Shown: positions 9,387-17,206 of the stretch, one piece after another
Numbering within the stretch: position 1 is the stretch's first letter
Layout: each line of letters opens with the position of its first letter
NCBI RefSeq assembly: GCF_000015225.1
Contig: NC_008698.1
Span: 1,200,001 to 1,232,000, forward strand
Source: Thermofilum pendens Hrk 5
Lineage (GTDB): Archaea; Thermoproteota; Thermoprotei; Thermofilales; Thermofilaceae
DNA: 32,000 nt
Direction: 5' to 3'
The notes under the pieces: generated by a model
Told to the model about the DNA's origin: nothing
Database searches by the model: none
The model's input: only the letters and a program-made list of their open reading frames with translations
Program-made: the position numbers and the translations under genes

Positions 9387-10636
9387 GGAGAAGGGTCTAC
9401 GCCCTGGTACTACTGGCGCTGGCGGTGGCTTACGCCGCCACCCGGAACGCGTCCGCGCAGGTCCCAGTAACCGTCTGGGGCTACGTCAAGATGCCGGACG
9501 GCTCCCCAGCGGCCGGCGCCTCTGTGACCGTGTCCGCGGGCGGAGCCTCCGCCTCGACGGTAACGGACTCGACCGGGAAGTACAAGGTCGACCTCACGGT
9601 TTCCTCGACTCCCGTCACAGTCACCGTGACGGCATCGCTCGGAGGGTACGCGGGCTCGGCGTCGGCGTCCGGGGAGGGCGTCGTGCGGGTAGACGTCGTC
9701 CTCCAGCCACCCCCACCGCCACCGAAGAAGCCCACCTCCGTCTACGTCTCGGTCGACAGGCCGGAGTACGGCGTCGGGGACGCGGCGCTCGTCCAGGGCA
9801 GGCTGAGCCCCGCTATGCAGGCGGCAGTGAAGGTCGTGGTCGTAGCGCCGAACGGCTCGAGGTACGAGGTCAGTGTGAGCACGGGTAGCGACGGGTCCTT
9901 CACGGTCAGGATCCCGCTCACCTCTAGGGGCGCGTGGAGCATCTACGCCGCGTTCCCCGGGAGCGACGAGTACTCCCCGTCGACGAGCCAGGTCGTCACC
10001 GTCGTGGCCAAGGAGAAGACCTTCCTGAGCGTCTCCGCGAGGTCCCCCGCGCCGGGCATAGTGCAGGTTTCCGGGTCGCTAGCGCCGGCGCCGAGCGGGG
10101 CGGTAGTCGAGGTATACGTGAGCATAGACAACGGCTCCACGTGGGCCCGCCTGCTGAACGCCCCCGTGGGCGGGGACGGTAGCTTCTCGGCGAACCTCTC
10201 AACGGCGGTCTACGGGCGCATCCTGGTGAAAGCCGTCTTCCGCGGGACCTTCGACTACGCGCAGAGCGAGACAGCCCCAGTCGCCGTCGAGGTCAGCTCG
10301 CCGCGGGAGCTCCTGCTGACCCAGGAGAACGAGAGGCTCAAGGCTAGGGAGAAGGCGCTCAACGAGACGCTGGAGCGCCTGAGCGCCGAGGTAGGCGAGC
10401 TGAGGAGGCTCTCGGACGAGCTGAAATCATCCCTGAGCTCGTGCAACGCCACGGTGGAGGCTAGGGAGAGGGCGCTTGAAAACCTGGAGCGCGAGCTGGC
10501 GCTGCTGAGGGGCGAACTCGAGAAAACGCGGCTACTCGCCTACGCCGCCGTACCCGCCGCGGCCGCCCTCGGCGCGCTCGCGGGCTTCGCGCTCGGCCGC
10601 AGGAAGCGCGGAAAGCGGGAGGCACCTTCGGCCTAG
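9380..10636 (+). CDS. secreted, C-terminally membrane-anchored protein with carboxypeptidase-regulatory-like/Ig-like domains and a coiled coil
   Basis: The ATG at 9380 overlaps the upstream stop (ATGCTGA). Signal peptide MLRRRVYALVLLALAVAYA. A VWGYVKMPDGSPAAGASVTVS...TDSTGKYKV (CarboxypepD_reg-like) segment, a PPPPPPKKP linker, a C-terminal coiled coil, then a TM helix and RRKRGKR tail. Confidence 0.65.
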   Translation: MLRRRVYALVLLALAVAYAATRNASAQVPVTVWGYVKMPDGSPAAGASVTVSAGGASASTVTDSTGKYKVDLTVSSTPVTVTVTASLGGYAGSASASGEGVVRVDVVLQPPPPPPKKPTSVYVSVDRPEYGVGDAALVQGRLSPAMQAAVKVVVVAPNGSRYEVSVSTGSDGSFTVRIPLTSRGAWSIYAAFPGSDEYSPSTSQVVTVVAKEKTFLSVSARSPAPGIVQVSGSLAPAPSGAVVEVYVSIDNGSTWARLLNAPVGGDGSFSANLSTAVYGRILVKAVFRGTFDYAQSETAPVAVEVSSPRELLLTQENERLKAREKALNETLERLSAEVGELRRLSDELKSSLSSCNATVEARERALENLERELALLRGELEKTRLLAYAAVPAAAALGALAGFALGRRKRGKREAPSA

Positions 10637-10851
10637 CGCACGCGGAAGGTTTTAGGCGAGCGTTTCAGCCCTAAACTCTTGCCTCCATCCTTTTTCAAAG
10701 CTTCTTCGACTCTTCGCGTAGCCTTTCTCTTCGCTTCATCCTCTGCCTTGCTTTTCGCCCGCGCCTCATTTCTTTTCACCTCGACCTCGACGTACTCCTC
10801 GCCCGCATGCATCACCGCCACGCCGTCCTCGTAGCGCGCCCCATCCACCAT
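10633..10851 (-). CDS. small charged hypothetical protein
   Basis: 72-aa ORF, Lys/Glu/Ala-rich and helical-looking. It overlaps the previous gene's stop convergently. No domain recognised. Confidence 0.35.
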   Translation of the reverse strand: MVDGARYEDGVAVMHAGEEYVEVEVKRNEARAKSKAEDEAKRKATRRVEEALKKDGGKSLGLKRSPKTFRVR

Positions 10852-11041
10852 TTAAGGACGGGTTGTAGATGAGTGGGGAAATGATGGGGAGCGAAGATCA
10901 TAGTTGTAGACCGCCAGAAGGTCAGGTACGTACAGCCTACCCCCGCGTTCCTGGGGCTCGGCTAACAGCTTACTCTTCACCGCTCGAGGGCCGTAGGCTC
11001 GTCACAGCCCCTAAAGGCAAAGCGCCGGAGGCTTAAGACCT

Positions 11042-11860
11042 TTACCCCTCTATCTCCACGACGAGCCCGGCCCCGCCGTCGCCGTAGGCCTCGGGGTGCC
11101 TCTCCGCGAGGTACCTCTTCACGCCCTCGCCGCTACAGTGTAGCGGGTAGATCTTCTCGAAGCCGAGGGAGAGGAGCCCCTCGACGACCTCCTTCACTTC
11201 GCGCTGGGAGGCGCCGGCCATGTGGAAGCCTCCCAGCACGGCGTACGGCTTGGCCCCGACGTCGCGGATAGCCTGCCGCGCGATGTTGACGACCCCCGGG
11301 TGGCTACAGCCCACTACGAGCACGAGCCCCTTCCCCGTGACTATCGCGAGGGCCTCCTCGGGCGGAGGGCCCACGAGAGGCTTAACCACGTAGACCCCGG
11401 GCGCCAGCATGGTGGTCTCGTCGACCTCCACGGGCCTCAGACCGAGCCCGGAGACGTAGCCCGAGAGCCCCGAGCCAGCCGGCACGTAGACCCTCAGCCC
11501 GCGCCCGGCGAAGAGCCTCAGCCCGCCCACGTGGTCGTAGTGCCCGTGGCTCACCACCACGGCGTCGATGCGCGACAGGTCCACCCCCAGCCTCGCGGCG
11601 TTGCGCTCAAGCACGCCCGGCTCCGGCCCAGCGTCGAACAGGAGCCTGGCGCCCCCGGCCTCTACGTACACCGAGAGCCCCCACGCCGACTCGAGCCCGC
11701 CCAGCGCCTCGTTATCCACGAGGACCACGAGCCTAGCGGTTGCGGCGTGGGCGCGAGCCTCCCTCCGGACGGCGAGCCAGGCGAAGGGCGCGGCGGCCAG
11801 CAACGCTACCAGGGCGGCGTAGGCGTACCGCTTATCCACGGGTACGGTAGCTCCGCGCAC
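11042..11860 (-). CDS. metallo-beta-lactamase-fold hydrolase with N-terminal hydrophobic/signal segment
   Basis: HxHxDH motif VVSHGHYDHVGG, later GCSHPG and a GGFH histidine. N-terminal YAYAALVALLAAAPFAWLAV. GTG start with CTATATCC about 25-30 nt upstream on the minus strand. Confidence 0.75.
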   Translation of the reverse strand: MRGATVPVDKRYAYAALVALLAAAPFAWLAVRREARAHAATARLVVLVDNEALGGLESAWGLSVYVEAGGARLLFDAGPEPGVLERNAARLGVDLSRIDAVVVSHGHYDHVGGLRLFAGRGLRVYVPAGSGLSGYVSGLGLRPVEVDETTMLAPGVYVVKPLVGPPPEEALAIVTGKGLVLVVGCSHPGVVNIARQAIRDVGAKPYAVLGGFHMAGASQREVKEVVEGLLSLGFEKIYPLHCSGEGVKRYLAERHPEAYGDGGAGLVVEIEG

Positions 11861-11911
11861 GCGTATAAACCTGTGCGCAACGGATATAGGGGCCCTCCGA
11901 CAGGTAGCCTT

Positions 11912-13276
11912 ATGGGCTGCAGGGCCCTCCTTCTAGCGACCTGGGGCAACCCGGCCCAGTGGAACACCGCGAGGTACGAGCTGGGAGGAGAGAGCGACGA
12001 GTCCTTCACGAGCCTCGGGATCCTCTGCAGGCACCTCTCCAAGTCCGGGTGCGAGGCCAGAGCCCTCGTGCTCGTCCTGGAGAGCCTGCTCGACGCGAAG
12101 CTCGACAAGGAGCCCGACGGGAAGAGGCCCGGCTACGCGTACCTCTACGAGCGGAGGGAGGAGCTCGCGCGCCTTAGGGGTCTGCTCCTCGAGGGTAGGT
12201 ACGGCGAGGCGGTGGAGGGGCTCCGCTCCGTCGTCGAGGGCCTCGCGAAGAGCGCGGGCGCCGGGTGCAGCGGGGGAGTAGCGGTGGAGGTGCTACCGGC
12301 TATAGGCTCGTTCGGGGGCGGGGTGCGCTTCGCGGGCGACGTGCGGAACTTCCACTCCTTCGCGCTCCTCGCCGCCGCCAGGGAGGTGTTGCGAGGCGGC
12401 CCCGCGCCTTCGAAGATAGTGGTCGACCTCACCCACGGGGTGAACTTCATGCCGACCTACGCGTACGAGGTCGCCCGGGAGGCCGCGTCCCTATCGCTAC
12501 TCGCCGGCTCGCGGTCCGTCGAGATGGAAGTCTACAACTCGGACCCCTACCCGCCGGGCTCCGAGAAGCCCAGCCTCTCCCTGAACCTAGTGAGGAGGGA
12601 GGAGGTCCGCGAGATAAGGCTACCCTCCGAGGCGGGCAGCCTGGTGGAGTGGCGCGGCGGCAGGCCGCCGAGCAGGTTCGAGGAGTTCAGGGCCCGAGCG
12701 TCGAGGTTCATGGGCGAGAAGGTCTACCCCGTGGTAGCCTCCCTCTACTACCCGCTACCCCTAGCCCTCGTCTACCTAGCCTCGGCTCAGAGTTGGGAGG
12801 AGTACCTGGGCGTAGTCGAGGAGGCCAGGAGCCTCTGGGCCTCGTACACCAGGGTCTCCGGCGGGACCGTCGAGCGCCCAGTCTACGTGAACCCCCAGGC
12901 TGTCTACGCGGCGCTACTCGCGGCGGCAGCCTGCAAGGCGGTGAGGGAGGAGGGGCTCTCGAACGACGTCGAGTCGCTCGAGAAGCTGAACGAGAGGGTG
13001 TACAGGAGGGTCTCCGAGGTCCACTACGCGCTGATAGCGCAGGAGCTCTCCCAGGTCGAGGCCGGGAGGTTCGAGGAAGCCGCCTACCCCCGCAAGCCGG
13101 ACAAGAGGATCATGATCGCGCACGCCGGGTTGCAGAAGGGCTTCGTGAGGGTCGAGAGGGGTGAGAAGAAGCTCCTGCTCTACGTAGGCGCAGACGGGAA
13201 GCCCCTCAAGCCGGAAGACCCCTCGGCCGCCGAGAGCGTGCGAAGCCTCCTCGCGAAGGCCGGGCTGAAGCACTAG
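11912..13276 (+). CDS. csx1: CRISPR-associated CARF/HEPN protein, Csx1 family (DxTHG type)
   Basis: Start at ATG 11912; the track ORF upstream of that is antisense to the MBL gene. N-terminal LLATWGNPAQW...Y is CARF-like. DxTHG motif VVDLTHGVNF. C-terminal R-x4-H HEPN motif KRIMIAHAGL. Confidence 0.75.
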   Translation: MGCRALLLATWGNPAQWNTARYELGGESDESFTSLGILCRHLSKSGCEARALVLVLESLLDAKLDKEPDGKRPGYAYLYERREELARLRGLLLEGRYGEAVEGLRSVVEGLAKSAGAGCSGGVAVEVLPAIGSFGGGVRFAGDVRNFHSFALLAAAREVLRGGPAPSKIVVDLTHGVNFMPTYAYEVAREAASLSLLAGSRSVEMEVYNSDPYPPGSEKPSLSLNLVRREEVREIRLPSEAGSLVEWRGGRPPSRFEEFRARASRFMGEKVYPVVASLYYPLPLALVYLASAQSWEEYLGVVEEARSLWASYTRVSGGTVERPVYVNPQAVYAALLAAAACKAVREEGLSNDVESLEKLNERVYRRVSEVHYALIAQELSQVEAGRFEEAAYPRKPDKRIMIAHAGLQKGFVRVERGEKKLLLYVGADGKPLKPEDPSAAESVRSLLAKAGLKH

Positions 13277-13311
13277 AAAGGCAGATAAAGGGGCGCCCCG
13301 CAACCCCAGCG

Positions 13312-13360
13312 GTGATGAGTAAACAGTCGGCCGACGCGTGACGAGCCCGAAGTTTGCTGA
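13312..13360 (+). ncRNA. C/D box sRNA candidate (dual guide)
   Basis: GUGAUGA (C, 13312-13318), 12 nt, CCGA (degenerate D', 13331-13334), 3 nt, GUGACGA (C', 13338-13344), 12 nt, CUGA (D, 13357-13360). AGATAAAG TATA-like box at 13283-13290, ~25 nt upstream. Lies in the csx1/ABC intergenic region. Confidence 0.65.
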
Positions 13361-13398
13361 GAAAATTTTTGTACCGGGCGTGCGTCCAGGCGGGCGGT

Positions 13399-14310
13399 AT
13401 GATAGAGGTTAGGGGCGTCTACAAGAGCTTCGGGAAGGCGAGGGTCCTCGAAGACGTCTCGTTCTCCGTGAGGAACGGGGAGGTCGTGGGCTTCGTAGGG
13501 CTGAACGGCGCCGGCAAGACCACCACGATCAGGATAACCGTCGGCGTGCTACCCCCGGACGCGGGCGACGTCTTCATCGACGGGTACTCCGTGTCCGAGG
13601 ACAAGGTCGAGGCGTCGGCCAGGGTGGGCTGGGTGCCGGAGCTCCCGATATTCGAGTCCGAGTACAGGGCGCTCGACTACTTCGCGTACCTCGCCGGCTA
13701 CTACGGCTACTCGGAGGGGGAGGCGAGGAGGCTCGGGAGGGAGCTCTTCGAGAGGGTCGGGATAGGCGAGGCGGCGAACAAGAGGCTCGAGGAGTTCTCC
13801 CAGGGCATGAAGAAGAGGTTCGCCCTCGCAGTCTCGCTGATCAACGACCCGCCGAACTTCCTGTTCGACGAGGTTCTCAACGGGCTCGACCCCCAGGGGA
13901 TAGCCTTCTTCAGGGGGCTCGTGCAGGAGTTCAGGAAGGCGGGCAAGGCGGTCCTCTTCTCCTCGCATATACTGAGCGAGGTGGAGGGGCTGGCGGACAG
14001 GGTAGTCTTCATACACAGGGGCAGGATCGTCGGGACGTACACGATGGACGAGATCAGGCGGAGGGCTTCCGGAGAGCTACTCGTCTCGGTCTCCCCGCTG
14101 GACGACGGGGCCGCCAGCATAGCGGCGAAGTACGGCGAGCCGGAGAAGAGGGGCAACGCGCTTGCAGTGAAGGGCTTCTCGGGAGACCCGTCGAGCCTCG
14201 TAGCGGAGCTCGTAGCCGCCGGCTACAGGGTGGCCGAGGTGAAGCGGAGCGAGAAGAGCCTCGAGGAGTTCTTCTTCGAGCTCGTAGGGCTACGGGGTGA
14301 CGGCGCGTGA
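13399..14310 (+). CDS. ABC transporter ATP-binding protein
   Basis: Walker A GLNGAGKTT, signature-like FSQGMKKR, Walker B FLFDEVLNGLD, H-loop SSHIL. ATG 13399 is preferred over the TTG at 13354 because an AAAATTTTTG TATA-like box (13362-13371) lies inside the longer ORF. Confidence 0.85.
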   Translation: MIEVRGVYKSFGKARVLEDVSFSVRNGEVVGFVGLNGAGKTTTIRITVGVLPPDAGDVFIDGYSVSEDKVEASARVGWVPELPIFESEYRALDYFAYLAGYYGYSEGEARRLGRELFERVGIGEAANKRLEEFSQGMKKRFALAVSLINDPPNFLFDEVLNGLDPQGIAFFRGLVQEFRKAGKAVLFSSHILSEVEGLADRVVFIHRGRIVGTYTMDEIRRRASGELLVSVSPLDDGAASIAAKYGEPEKRGNALAVKGFSGDPSSLVAELVAAGYRVAEVKRSEKSLEEFFFELVGLRGDGA

Positions 14311-15764
14311 GGACACTCCTCTACGACTTCAGGAGGGCCCTCCTGAACTCATCCACCCTGGTGCTCCTAGCCGCGCTCGTAGCGGTCGGCGCCGCCGTCG
14401 GCTACATGGCCTACGCTCAGATGACGGGGCAGGGGAAGCTCTTCGGCATCGCGTACACCGTCACCCCGAACTCTTCCGCGGTGAAAGTAGAGGGCCTCGT
14501 CTACGACTACACGGGCAACCCCGTCAAGGACAACACTGTGACCGTCAAGCTCCTGGAGTGCTCCGAGGGAGGCGCCGGCGCCTCGATGCCCGCGTGCAGC
14601 GTTGTAGCGGAGTGGACTGCTAGAACCGGGGAGCGCTTCAAGGCGGAGCTCAGGCGCGGAAGCACCAACGCGAGTGTAAACCTGGAGATACGGGTCGCGA
14701 ACAGGTACGGCTCCTCCCTCTCCTGGTCCAGTGGGATTAGGTGTTTTCCAGCGGACATGCACACCTCGCTCGGCATAGGGTTCGGGTCGACGTTTAACAA
14801 GACGTGGCTCGCTGTAGGCGAGGTCATACCCCTCGAGGGGGGAGGGTACAGGCTAGCCGTGGCGGTAGCGCCCCCCGACTGCAACTACTCCGAGGTCGCC
14901 GGGAGCAAGCTGTACTACACCGTCTACAACGAGACCCCCGGGCGACTCGCCTACGCAGGCGAGCTGGGAGCAAGCGGGGTCGGGGTCTTCGACCTCAAGG
15001 CCGCGGGTAGCGGGAAGGCGCTCTACCTAGAGCTCGAAACGCGCCGGGGACGCGTGCGCCTAGACACCCCTGTGTCGCTCGCCGGGAGCTCGGCGCTCAA
15101 AGGGTGGATCGTAGCCGCGATGCTCGTATCGTCTAACGTACTCGCCTTCCTCTACCCGATAGCGGTGATGCTCACCGCATACAACCTCGTAGCGAAGCCG
15201 AGGTCCACCGGGGCTCTCGAATTCGTGCTCGCGAGGCCTGTTACGAGGCTCCAGCTCTTCCTCTCCAGGTTCGCCGCCGGCGCGCTGGCGTCCGCCGCCT
15301 CCCCGCTACTCGCAACAGCGGCCATGCACCTAGTAATCTCGTGGGCCGTTGGCTCGCCGCCACCCCTCGAGGACTCAGCCCTCCTCGCAGCCGGCATAGC
15401 CGCCTCGATGCTCGCGTACTACAGCGTGTTCTACTCGATAGCCGCATCAGCGAAGGGGAAGAGCTACCTCCTCCTCGCGGTAGTAGTCTACATAGTCTTC
15501 ACGGTGCTCTGGGCGCCGATAGCGTTCGCCATCGCGGTCGCAGTTAGAGGAACGCCGGACCCCGCGGCAGTCCAGCAGGCGTACTACTTCAACCCTTCGG
15601 TAGCCTTCCAGGCAGCAACGGAAGCCCTGCACCTCAAGTACGGGCAAGCAGCGGTGCAAGCCGCGCTGAAACCAGCCTACGTAGCCGCCGCGGCGGCAGC
15701 CTGGGTACTACTCCCACTCGTAGCCGCGTGGCTAGCATTCAGGAAGGCAAACCTCTCCCAGTAG
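14307..15764 (+). CDS. ABC-2-type transporter permease with large extracytoplasmic N-terminal domain
   Basis: GTG start overlaps the ATPase stop (GTGA). One N-terminal TM helix, a ~230-aa soluble domain, then about five hydrophobic helices. An oligo-T tract (15781-15785) follows the stop. Confidence 0.65.
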   Translation: MRTLLYDFRRALLNSSTLVLLAALVAVGAAVGYMAYAQMTGQGKLFGIAYTVTPNSSAVKVEGLVYDYTGNPVKDNTVTVKLLECSEGGAGASMPACSVVAEWTARTGERFKAELRRGSTNASVNLEIRVANRYGSSLSWSSGIRCFPADMHTSLGIGFGSTFNKTWLAVGEVIPLEGGGYRLAVAVAPPDCNYSEVAGSKLYYTVYNETPGRLAYAGELGASGVGVFDLKAAGSGKALYLELETRRGRVRLDTPVSLAGSSALKGWIVAAMLVSSNVLAFLYPIAVMLTAYNLVAKPRSTGALEFVLARPVTRLQLFLSRFAAGALASAASPLLATAAMHLVISWAVGSPPPLEDSALLAAGIAASMLAYYSVFYSIAASAKGKSYLLLAVVVYIVFTVLWAPIAFAIAVAVRGTPDPAAVQQAYYFNPSVAFQAATEALHLKYGQAAVQAALKPAYVAAAAAAWVLLPLVAAWLAFRKANLSQ

Positions 15765-15843
15765 CACGAACCCCCAAACCTTTTTCCGCGCCTCCCCGGG
15801 TAGCTACACGGAGGAGGATGGAGAAAAGGAGTACATAGAGTAC

Positions 15844-16197
15844 GTGATAAAGTACGAGGAACTCCACGGGAGGCGTGCCCAAAACGTTAGCTCAGAAAAG
15901 AAGGGTTACGACATCGAGTCGAAAGACAGGGAAGGCAACACCCGCTACATAGAGGTAAAGAAGAGAGACCTAAAGTACGGCTTCGTATTCCTAACGCACA
16001 ACGAGTTCATGAACTTCCTGAGGAACGAAAACTCCTGGCTCTACATCGTCTACAAGGAAAACGGCGAAACACGCGTGATAGAGATTAGCAGAGAAAAAGT
16101 ACTCAAACACGCCAAGCCAGAGCTGAAGTGGAGGGTAAGCCTGCGGAAGGAAGTAACCGGGCGCCGCGCGCGCAACCAGCGCCAAGACAGCACTTAA
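15844..16197 (+). CDS. DUF3883-like (PD-(D/E)xK nuclease-fold) domain protein, possibly 5'-truncated
   Basis: KGYDIES...RYIEVKK...FLTHNEF...WLYIVY matches the D...E-x-K layout and overall DUF3883 pattern. The frame stays open with domain-like sequence (EEDGEKEYIEYV) upstream of the GTG but has no start codon there. Confidence 0.5.
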   Translation: MIKYEELHGRRAQNVSSEKKGYDIESKDREGNTRYIEVKKRDLKYGFVFLTHNEFMNFLRNENSWLYIVYKENGETRVIEISREKVLKHAKPELKWRVSLRKEVTGRRARNQRQDST

Positions 16198-16221
16198 ATA
16201 CTTCCGGCGAGAGTATAACGC

Positions 16222-16755
16222 GTGTCCGTGTCCGCCGAGTACATCGTGAAGCTCTTCGAAGAAGACCCCAAGTCCAGGAAGAGGCTCGCAGAGCTACTAG
16301 TCTCCGAGCCGGACGTAAGGCTAGCGCTGATAAACGCAGTCATACGCGACGTCGCCACGAAGCACGACGTGGAGAAGCACTGGGAAGCAACGAGGCGAGA
16401 CATAGAGGGGCTGAGGAGGGAGCTTGAGGGGCTGGAGAGGGACGTCGCGAGTCTCGCTGAGAGAGTCTCAAGGCTCGAAGGAGCATACGCAGAGCTAAGC
16501 AAGAGGATAGACAGCCTCGGCGAGAGGATAAGCGACCTAGACAAGAGAATAGACTCGCTCGATAAGAGGATCGACGGGCTAGACAAGAGGATAGACTCAC
16601 TGGATAAAAGGATAGAGTCCCTGGACAAGAGGATAGACAGCCTGGACAAAAGGCTAGACCACATCGCGAAGATCTCCTACACCCTCACAGCCTCAGTCCT
16701 CGCAACACTCGCGGCAAGCATCATACTCCTCGCAATCATCAGGATACACCCCTAG
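16222..16755 (+). CDS. coiled-coil protein with heptad tandem repeats and C-terminal TM anchor
   Basis: 177 aa with a GTG start. The central run is (L/S)DKRIDS heptads. C-terminal hydrophobic helix YTLTASVLATLAASIILLAII. Confidence 0.6.
   Translation: MSVSAEYIVKLFEEDPKSRKRLAELLVSEPDVRLALINAVIRDVATKHDVEKHWEATRRDIEGLRRELEGLERDVASLAERVSRLEGAYAELSKRIDSLGERISDLDKRIDSLDKRIDGLDKRIDSLDKRIESLDKRIDSLDKRLDHIAKISYTLTASVLATLAASIILLAIIRIHP
16498..16665 (+). repeat. tandem 21-nt (heptad-coding) repeat, about 8 units
   Basis: Units of gacaagaggatagacagcctg type encode SKRIDSL/GERISDL/DKRIDSL/DKRIDGL/DKRIDSL/DKRIESL/DKRIDSL/DKRLDH. The copies differ mostly at synonymous positions. Confidence 0.7.
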
Positions 16756-16768
16756 CCCCGGACACCCG

Positions 16769-17206
16769 GTGAGAAGCCTGGAGGAGATTAAGTTCTACGA
16801 GATAGACCTCGAAAAAGTAGTCGAAACGCTGAAAAAGTACTTCGAGAAGAGAAGCGACGTCGCAGTAGCAGTCCTATTCGGCTCCGCGCTCAGAAGAAGA
16901 AAAGTCAGAGACATAGACATCGCGGTACACGCAGACTGGAGCCTAGAAGAACTACTCGAAGCCACCGCAGAGCTAGAAAAAGAGCTGGGAACCCCCGTAG
17001 ACATCGTACCCCTACCCAACGCCCCACCACAAGTAAGACTAAAAGCGCTGGCAGAAGGCCTACCCATAACCGTGAAAAACCACGCACTCTACACAGAGCT
17101 ACTCAAAGAGGCAATCGGGGAAACAAGAGACATGGAGGCAAAACTCAGAGAAGAACGCCGGGCAAAAGATCGTCGACAACGGCGAGGAGAGACGGCGAAG
17201 ACTTAA
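16769..17206 (+). CDS. minimal nucleotidyltransferase (MNT-type, Pol-beta superfamily) protein
   Basis: LFGSALRRRKVRDIDIAV gives the G-S...D-x-D nucleotidyltransferase motif. No adjacent HEPN/DUF86 partner is visible. The 3' end overlaps the convergent gene by ~60 nt. Confidence 0.7.
   Translation: MRSLEEIKFYEIDLEKVVETLKKYFEKRSDVAVAVLFGSALRRRKVRDIDIAVHADWSLEELLEATAELEKELGTPVDIVPLPNAPPQVRLKALAEGLPITVKNHALYTELLKEAIGETRDMEAKLREERRAKDRRQRRGETAKT

Noticed and set aside
10860-10930. Possible C/D box sRNA (AGATGAG / ATGATGG)
   Set aside because: No CUGA boxes in the correct order or spacing on either strand.
11222-11911. N-terminal 230 codons of the 684-aa track ORF (11222-13276)
   Set aside because: It is antisense to the MBL-fold gene and has shadow-frame composition. 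Csx1-like sequence starts at ATG 11912, behind its own TATA-like box.
13354-13398. Longer TTG start for the ABC ATPase
   Set aside because: A TATA-like AAAATTTTTG and the D box of the sRNA candidate lie inside this extension, and a canonical MIEVRGV N-terminus starts at 13399.
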